A stretch of 62,900 bases of DNA from an uncultured Lachnospiraceae bacterium (GTDB lineage: Bacteria > Bacillota > Clostridia > Lachnospirales > Lachnospiraceae), in contig CAMSTM010000001.1 in assembly GCA_947063675.1 (NCBI GenBank), forward strand, positions 1 to 62,900. The letters are read 5' to 3'. Below are positions 57,754-62,900 of this stretch, piece after piece. The position numbers and the translations under genes were made by a program. Positions within the stretch are counted from its first letter, which is position 1. Every line of letters starts with the position of its first letter. Below the pieces are notes generated by a model. It searched no databases. It had not been told where the DNA came from and saw nothing but the letters and a program-made list of their open reading frames with translations.

Positions 57754-58971
57754 TCAATTCTTTTGGTAAACCTCATCAATTATCTGTGCTGCCCGCTCCC
57801 TTATCCCAAAGTTCTCCATAACCTTCCGATACCCGTTTCGGGCAATCTCCATTCTTTCGTCCTCATGTGCAAGATAATACTCCGCTTTCCGCACCAAATC
57901 TTCCATATCCGTATATATTACAATCTCTTCCCCGTCCGCAAAGCAATCCGCAATCTCAGACTGATAATTTGTCAGGCAAAATCCCTGACAGCTTAAAATA
58001 TCGAAAATCCTTTGCGGAATCCCTGATTCAATGGTTTTTGACGTGATATTCAAATTAATCCTGCTGTTATGGTATATCAGTGGGACTTCCTTCTGATAAT
58101 CCGCATATCCCATTTTCTGTAAGTTGTTATTGCGCAAAGACTCCGGAAGCTTTGAAGCCGTATACAGCTTTACGGGAAAACGCCTGCTAAGCCTGCCAAG
58201 CGCTTCTTCCCTTTCTCTTGCGCTTACCTCCATTCCAAGCGCATCCGCCGCCATTTGCCGCAAGTCCTGGTAATACTCCTCCCCCAGCGAAAACCCGCAG
58301 CCTTCTGCAATTTCTTCTGCCATCTCCTCCGGCAACGAATCCCTCAGAAGATTATACCCATACACCTGCAGCTGGGAGCAGATAAGTCCCTCCACATACC
58401 CTGACGTATAATCCGACAGCTTCCCCTGCCCTTTCCGGCCAGCTGCCTGACGCAGGCGGTTTTTTTCTTCATTATAAAGATTTCCCACAAAGGAAATATC
58501 ACACCGGTATTTTGCTTTCAGCGTCCCGTTTCCGCTCTCGAGCCTTTGCACCTTTTCCAAAAGGTCAGACTCCCCGGCTAGCGGAAAATGATAGCAATGA
58601 ACCGCCCCCAAGGCTGCCAGCCGTCCGGCATAAATTCCGTCAAAACAAAAAATATAATTACATTTATTGGTAATTGTTTTAGATTGTAAAGTATAAAGCG
58701 GGCAGTCATAAATCCATGATATGTATGGGATATGGTTAATTTCACATATCATAGAAATCAGAGGAAAATAGTCATAGCTGATAACAGCCCCTACGCTATT
58801 GGCATGAAGCATCCCTATCAGCTTCTCTGCAAAGGGGGCATTTGCATGATAATTCTGCCATTTTTTATCATCCCGCAGCTCAATATGTCCCCCCAACTCC
58901 TCATCCAGCGCCTTACAGAGCATCGGCTCATTCAAAGAGCCCCATCTGTAGACCAGTATTTCTTTTCCCAT
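57754..58971 (-). CDS. DUF3880 / CgeB-like glycosyltransferase
   Basis: WIYDCP, DISFVG and SRINLN..GIPQRIFD. Confidence 0.8.
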   Translation of the reverse strand: MGKEILVYRWGSLNEPMLCKALDEELGGHIELRDDKKWQNYHANAPFAEKLIGMLHANSVGAVISYDYFPLISMICEINHIPYISWIYDCPLYTLQSKTITNKCNYIFCFDGIYAGRLAALGAVHCYHFPLAGESDLLEKVQRLESGNGTLKAKYRCDISFVGNLYNEEKNRLRQAAGRKGQGKLSDYTSGYVEGLICSQLQVYGYNLLRDSLPEEMAEEIAEGCGFSLGEEYYQDLRQMAADALGMEVSAREREEALGRLSRRFPVKLYTASKLPESLRNNNLQKMGYADYQKEVPLIYHNSRINLNITSKTIESGIPQRIFDILSCQGFCLTNYQSEIADCFADGEEIVIYTDMEDLVRKAEYYLAHEDERMEIARNGYRKVMENFGIRERAAQIIDEVYQKN

Positions 58972-59145
58972 GTCACACCCTTTCACTCCTGAAAGATTTT
59001 AAATCCGCCCTTTACAGGCAGCCCGCAAAGACAGACAAAACACGTTCCGGTAATTGTGATTATCCGGCATTTATGTTATTATGATTTTATCATATATTAC
59101 AGGAAAAGGAAACATTGACACCATCTTCTGAAAGGGAATTGACTT

Positions 59146-60150
59146 ATGAATAATATATCAAACTCTTTACCCGTAAGAATCAACATTGCCACAGCCCTAA
59201 ACAGTAAATACATGCGTTATGCCTATGTCATGCTGACATCTTTATTTACCAATCAGCCGGACGCGGATATTCACGTATATCTTCTGCACAGCGATTTATC
59301 GCCGCAGGATATCGCATATCTGCAGGAACTGGCAGACGAATACCACCACATAAACTTTCTGCCGGTGAAAAAAGAGGATTTTTCCGCCTCCCTGCCCACT
59401 ACCGCCGCTTGGACGCTTGAGACCTATTATCGTCTTATGCTGCCTGATATTCTTCCTCATGAGGTTGACAGACTTCTGTATCTGGATGTGGATATGATTA
59501 TTGATAAGCCAATTAAAACTCTTTATGAAACCGACTTTGAAGACTACTATTTTTGCGTCTGCCGGGATATGGGGTTTATTAATGCCCCAACTACAATCCC
59601 CTTTCCTGACGGCAGAAGTGAATTATTTAAAGAGCATCTGTCCCACAATTTCACTTATTTTAATGCCGGCATGATGCTCTGGAACATTAAAAAGGTTCGG
59701 GAAAAATATAATTTTCAGACCTATATGGAATTAGCCCGCGCTTTAAACTATAAGCTGGTTGCCCCTGACCAGGATTTATTAAATTATCTTCACTGGAATC
59801 AGGTGAAATTTCTTGATGAATACCAGTATGACCTTTTCTCAAAAATGGCCTACAACAGTGGCGTTCACTATGAGGACGTCAAAAGGGAAACCACTATCAT
59901 TCACTTTGCCGGTATGAAGCCCTGGGAGGGACAATATATTCACTATGATATCGAGCAGCTATGGTGGGATTATGCAAAGCTCACTCCGTTTTATACGGAG
60001 TTGATGGAAGAATTTATGCATGCCTGCATCAATGACCCTACCGTTCCCGATACCATGTGGCATTTGTCAGAGGATAAAAAAACTCTTCGCAACGAGCTCG
60101 ACAAGACCAGCGCCATGTGTCAGAAGCTTTTACAGCTTCTTCAAAAGTGA
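59146..60150 (+). CDS. GT8 glycosyltransferase
   Basis: YYRL, YLDVD, FNAG, DQDLLN and HFAG.KPW. Confidence 0.9.
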   Translation: MNNISNSLPVRINIATALNSKYMRYAYVMLTSLFTNQPDADIHVYLLHSDLSPQDIAYLQELADEYHHINFLPVKKEDFSASLPTTAAWTLETYYRLMLPDILPHEVDRLLYLDVDMIIDKPIKTLYETDFEDYYFCVCRDMGFINAPTTIPFPDGRSELFKEHLSHNFTYFNAGMMLWNIKKVREKYNFQTYMELARALNYKLVAPDQDLLNYLHWNQVKFLDEYQYDLFSKMAYNSGVHYEDVKRETTIIHFAGMKPWEGQYIHYDIEQLWWDYAKLTPFYTELMEEFMHACINDPTVPDTMWHLSEDKKTLRNELDKTSAMCQKLLQLLQK

Positions 60151-60236
60151 TGTACCGGAAATATATTCATATATATTATTGTGTACAAATTTATACTTAA
60201 CTGCCATTAAATTTCAGATAAATGAAAGGACAAACC

Positions 60237-61304
60237 ATGACTCCCATATCCGTCTGCATCATTGCCAAAAACGAAGAAAAACATATGGAGACCTTCCTTT
60301 CCTCCATCAAAAAGCAAATGGGAAATTATCCTTACGAAATTGTTCTTGTAGATACCGGTTCCACTGACCGCACTGTCGCCATTGCTAAAAAATATACGGA
60401 CAAAATTTTCTCCTTTAAATGGGTACAGGATTTCAGCGCCGCCAGAAATTATTCTCTTGACTGTGCGTCCTATGACTGGATTCTGGTTTTAGATTGTGAC
60501 GAATATGTAACATCTTTTGATACCAGAGATATTTCCAGAATGATTTCTGATTTTCCTGATGCCGTGGGAATGATTTCCCGCCGAAATCATTATGAAATGA
60601 ACGGTACGGACAGCGTATATACCGACCAGGTGGAACGCTTTTTTAACAGAAGGCTCTACCATTACGACTTTCCCATCCACGAACAGGTAAGAGCGCGAAG
60701 CGGACAGCCCTATGAGCGTGTCGAGCTCTCACTTACCGCAGAGCACCAGGGCTACAGCGGTTCTTCGGAAGAAATGAAGAAAAAGGCTGACCGAAATAAC
60801 GAGCTTCTCTTAAAAATGCTTGAAAAAACTCCCGACGACCCTTACCTGTATTTTCAGATAGGTCAGTCTTACAACATGCTGCATGATGATGAAAATGCCT
60901 GCTATTATTATGGAAAGGGATTGGAATATCCTGTCGAACCCCAGTTTGAATATGTACAGATGATGGTAATCGGCTACGGCTATGCCTTGCTCCACTTAGA
61001 ACGCTATGATGAAGCTCTGCAATTTCAGAATATTTATGACGAATTTTCTTTTTCCGCTGATTTTGTCTGCCTGATGGGACTGATTTATCTAAGGAATGGC
61101 CTGGTAGTACAGGCTATGAAAGAATTTTTGAATGCAACCACAATAAGTCACGTCCACGTAGAAGGCGCCAACTCCTTTATTCCCACCTTTAACATGGGAT
61201 GTATCAATGAAGTTTTGGGGGATATTGATACTGCCGTTACCCTCTACCGCAAATGCGGCAATTTTAAACCTGCACTGGACAGACTTGCAGAGTTAAAGCG
61301 TTAA
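60237..61304 (+). CDS. GT2 + TPR glycosyltransferase
   Basis: SVCIIAKNEE, DTGSTD, FSAARN, LDCDE and IHEQ; helical TPR-like C-terminus. Confidence 0.85.
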   Translation: MTPISVCIIAKNEEKHMETFLSSIKKQMGNYPYEIVLVDTGSTDRTVAIAKKYTDKIFSFKWVQDFSAARNYSLDCASYDWILVLDCDEYVTSFDTRDISRMISDFPDAVGMISRRNHYEMNGTDSVYTDQVERFFNRRLYHYDFPIHEQVRARSGQPYERVELSLTAEHQGYSGSSEEMKKKADRNNELLLKMLEKTPDDPYLYFQIGQSYNMLHDDENACYYYGKGLEYPVEPQFEYVQMMVIGYGYALLHLERYDEALQFQNIYDEFSFSADFVCLMGLIYLRNGLVVQAMKEFLNATTISHVHVEGANSFIPTFNMGCINEVLGDIDTAVTLYRKCGNFKPALDRLAELKR

Positions 61305-61342
61305 TCCTCCTGCCCGGGCGCGCGAATAGGAATCTCTTTCTC

Positions 61343-61882
61343 TTACGCGCCCGCACATTTTCTTTGAAACTCATCAAAACGTACGCTTAATTCTGCTATT
61401 TTATGACTTTCTCCGACCATATAGCGTTTTCCTTCTTCAAAATGGTTCGACAATATTTCTATGCCCTTTTTGTTCTCAAGCACAGTCTGATAAGTCACCT
61501 GAATTTCTTTGCTCAGATGGTATTCCACCATATCAATCTTTTCATCCATGGTGTCGAAACGGGTTTCCACGGCATCGAGACGAGCTTCCACAGCGTCAAG
61601 ACGTTTCTCCACGGCATCGAGACGAGCTTCCACAGCGTCAAGGCGTTTCTCTACAGCATCCATGCGTTTCTCCAAGGCACCAATACGGACTTCCAGTGCA
61701 CCAATACGGACTTCCAGCCTATCAATACGGGCTTCCAGCGCATCAATACGTTTTCCCAACTCCTCTATTGCGTTGCTCAAAATCTTAATACCGCCGGCTA
61801 TTGATTCAAGCCCGGTATTTAATCCCTGAATTTGATTGCTCATACTGTTCAGGTATACTATGACCTTCTTCACTCCAAACAT
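61343..61882 (-). CDS. Heptad-repeat coiled-coil protein
   Basis: About 10 heptads of type R[IL]D[AR][VL]E[KA]; GGAGG RBS. Confidence 0.75.
   Translation of the reverse strand: MFGVKKVIVYLNSMSNQIQGLNTGLESIAGGIKILSNAIEELGKRIDALEARIDRLEVRIGALEVRIGALEKRMDAVEKRLDAVEARLDAVEKRLDAVEARLDAVETRFDTMDEKIDMVEYHLSKEIQVTYQTVLENKKGIEILSNHFEEGKRYMVGESHKIAELSVRFDEFQRKCAGA
61566..61718. repeat. 42-bp and 21-bp tandem duplications in the coiled-coil gene
   Basis: 42-bp unit at 61566 and 61608 (1 mismatch); 21-bp GCACCAATACGGACTTCCAG unit twice from 61677. Confidence 0.85.
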
Positions 61883-62318
61883 TATAGTTTCCTCCTTCCT
61901 TCTATACTCTCACCATTCAAAGACTTCGCAGCAATCTGCTGGTGATGTAAATCCATCATATGGCAGCATTTTCTGAAAGTCAAGGCAGAAAAAATCTGTG
62001 AAAAAAAGTTGCACAATACAATATTCTGTGCCATTTCGCTATGCTTTTCTATATATAGTGCATTTTCTTATTCCACCATGCTTAAAAGGCTATTGATAAT
62101 TCTTCATTTTCGTTACTTTTACTCTAAATATATTAACGAGTATATTCAACAATATCTACTTAATTTTCTTCATCTGATAACCGGTTCATATTTATATGGT
62201 AACTTTATTTCTTTCATGATATGATATTTCCATCAGGTATTCAGATTTTTGATAAACCTGCATGATGTAAAATCATCGACTAACATTAATTTTACAACAA
62301 CAGGAAAGGATTTTTATT

Positions 62319-62894
62319 ATGATACCTATATCCGTATGCATTATTGCCAAAAACGAAGAGGCTAACATTGAACGCTGCCTTTCATCCCTTGCACCGTACG
62401 GCTTTGAAATTGTCGTAGTGGACACAGGCTCCACAGACAGGACAAAGGAAATAGCCGCTAAATATACCGACCGCATTTTTGACTTTGAATGGACGGATAA
62501 TTTCAGTGAAGCACGAAATTATTCTCTTCGGATGGCCTCCAATAACTGGATTTTTATGATGGATTGTGATGAGTGGATTGATTCTATTGATATAGAAGAA
62601 ATGAATTATTTCCGAAAAAAAATGCCTGAATATGCCGGCTCTATCACCCGAAAGAATATTACTGGCGACCCTGGAGATACAGGCAGCACCAATATATACA
62701 ATGACCGCACGGAGCGCCTCTTTTCCCGCAAGCATTATTACTACACAGGAGCGATTCATGAACAGCTCACTCCAAAGCATGGAGGTGAATTTAAAACCTT
62801 GCTCCTAAATACCTTCATAGGTCATACCGGGTATTTTTTGACCCCTCAGGAACAGGCGCAAAAGGCAAAGAGCATTACTGTTCCGATTTGTTGA
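62319..62894 (+). pseudogene. GT2(-TPR) paralog, apparently truncated or interrupted
   Basis: Similar to 60237..61304 through HTGY..KAK, then unrelated SITVPIC*; no TPR region. Confidence 0.55.
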
Positions 62895-62900
62895 GCATCT

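Noticed and set aside
61560-61760. Repeats as a CRISPR array
   Set aside because: No unique spacers, in-frame coding heptads and no cas genes.
61883-62318. AT-rich 436-bp intergenic region as sRNA or sigma-28 promoter
   Set aside because: No convincing structure or consensus match; consistent with divergent promoters.
1-62900. Numerous 60-260 aa antisense or overlapping ORFs in the track
   Set aside because: They shadow well-supported genes and lack recognisable motifs or RBS. No reverse transcriptase, integrase or defence-system gene was recognised anywhere.

Overview
Chromosomal window from a Clostridia-type Firmicute, probably a gut Lachnospiraceae (inferred from a T-box-controlled valS, a PdaB-like sporulation deacetylase and YesM/YesN-type sugar loci). 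It carries about 55 genes. I see no rRNA, tRNA, CRISPR array, phage gene or intact transposase. Left to right: a lipoprotein; a ferredoxin / membrane Fe-S protein / Crp-Fnr module; an MBL hydrolase and ybaK; a TetR-DUF2871 operon; a 6.4-9.3 kb zone of deletion-scarred pseudogenes around cidA/lrgB; a two-component-regulated sugar ABC locus with an unclassified glycosidase; a MATE pump; an ECF sigma/ABC cluster; an MFS/AraC pair; a TCS plus FtsX-type ABC exporter with a BceR-like box; an 11 kb polyprenyl-phosphate-type glycosylation cassette (3 GT-C-like, 3 GT2, DegT, 2 flavoproteins); an unannotated 43-aa ORF; pdaB-like, radical SAM and GH79 genes; T-box plus short (type 2) ValRS; a Zn-ribbon/TPM pair; GH130; and a second glycosylation island with two unusual fusion enzymes, ending in a GT2 that appears interrupted. 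The best candidates for new biology are the lipid-carrier glycosylation cassette, the cytidylyltransferase-oxidoreductase and metallophosphoesterase-GDPD fusion pair, and the collapsed 5'-3' exonuclease gene. All family calls come from motif recognition by eye, not database searches.
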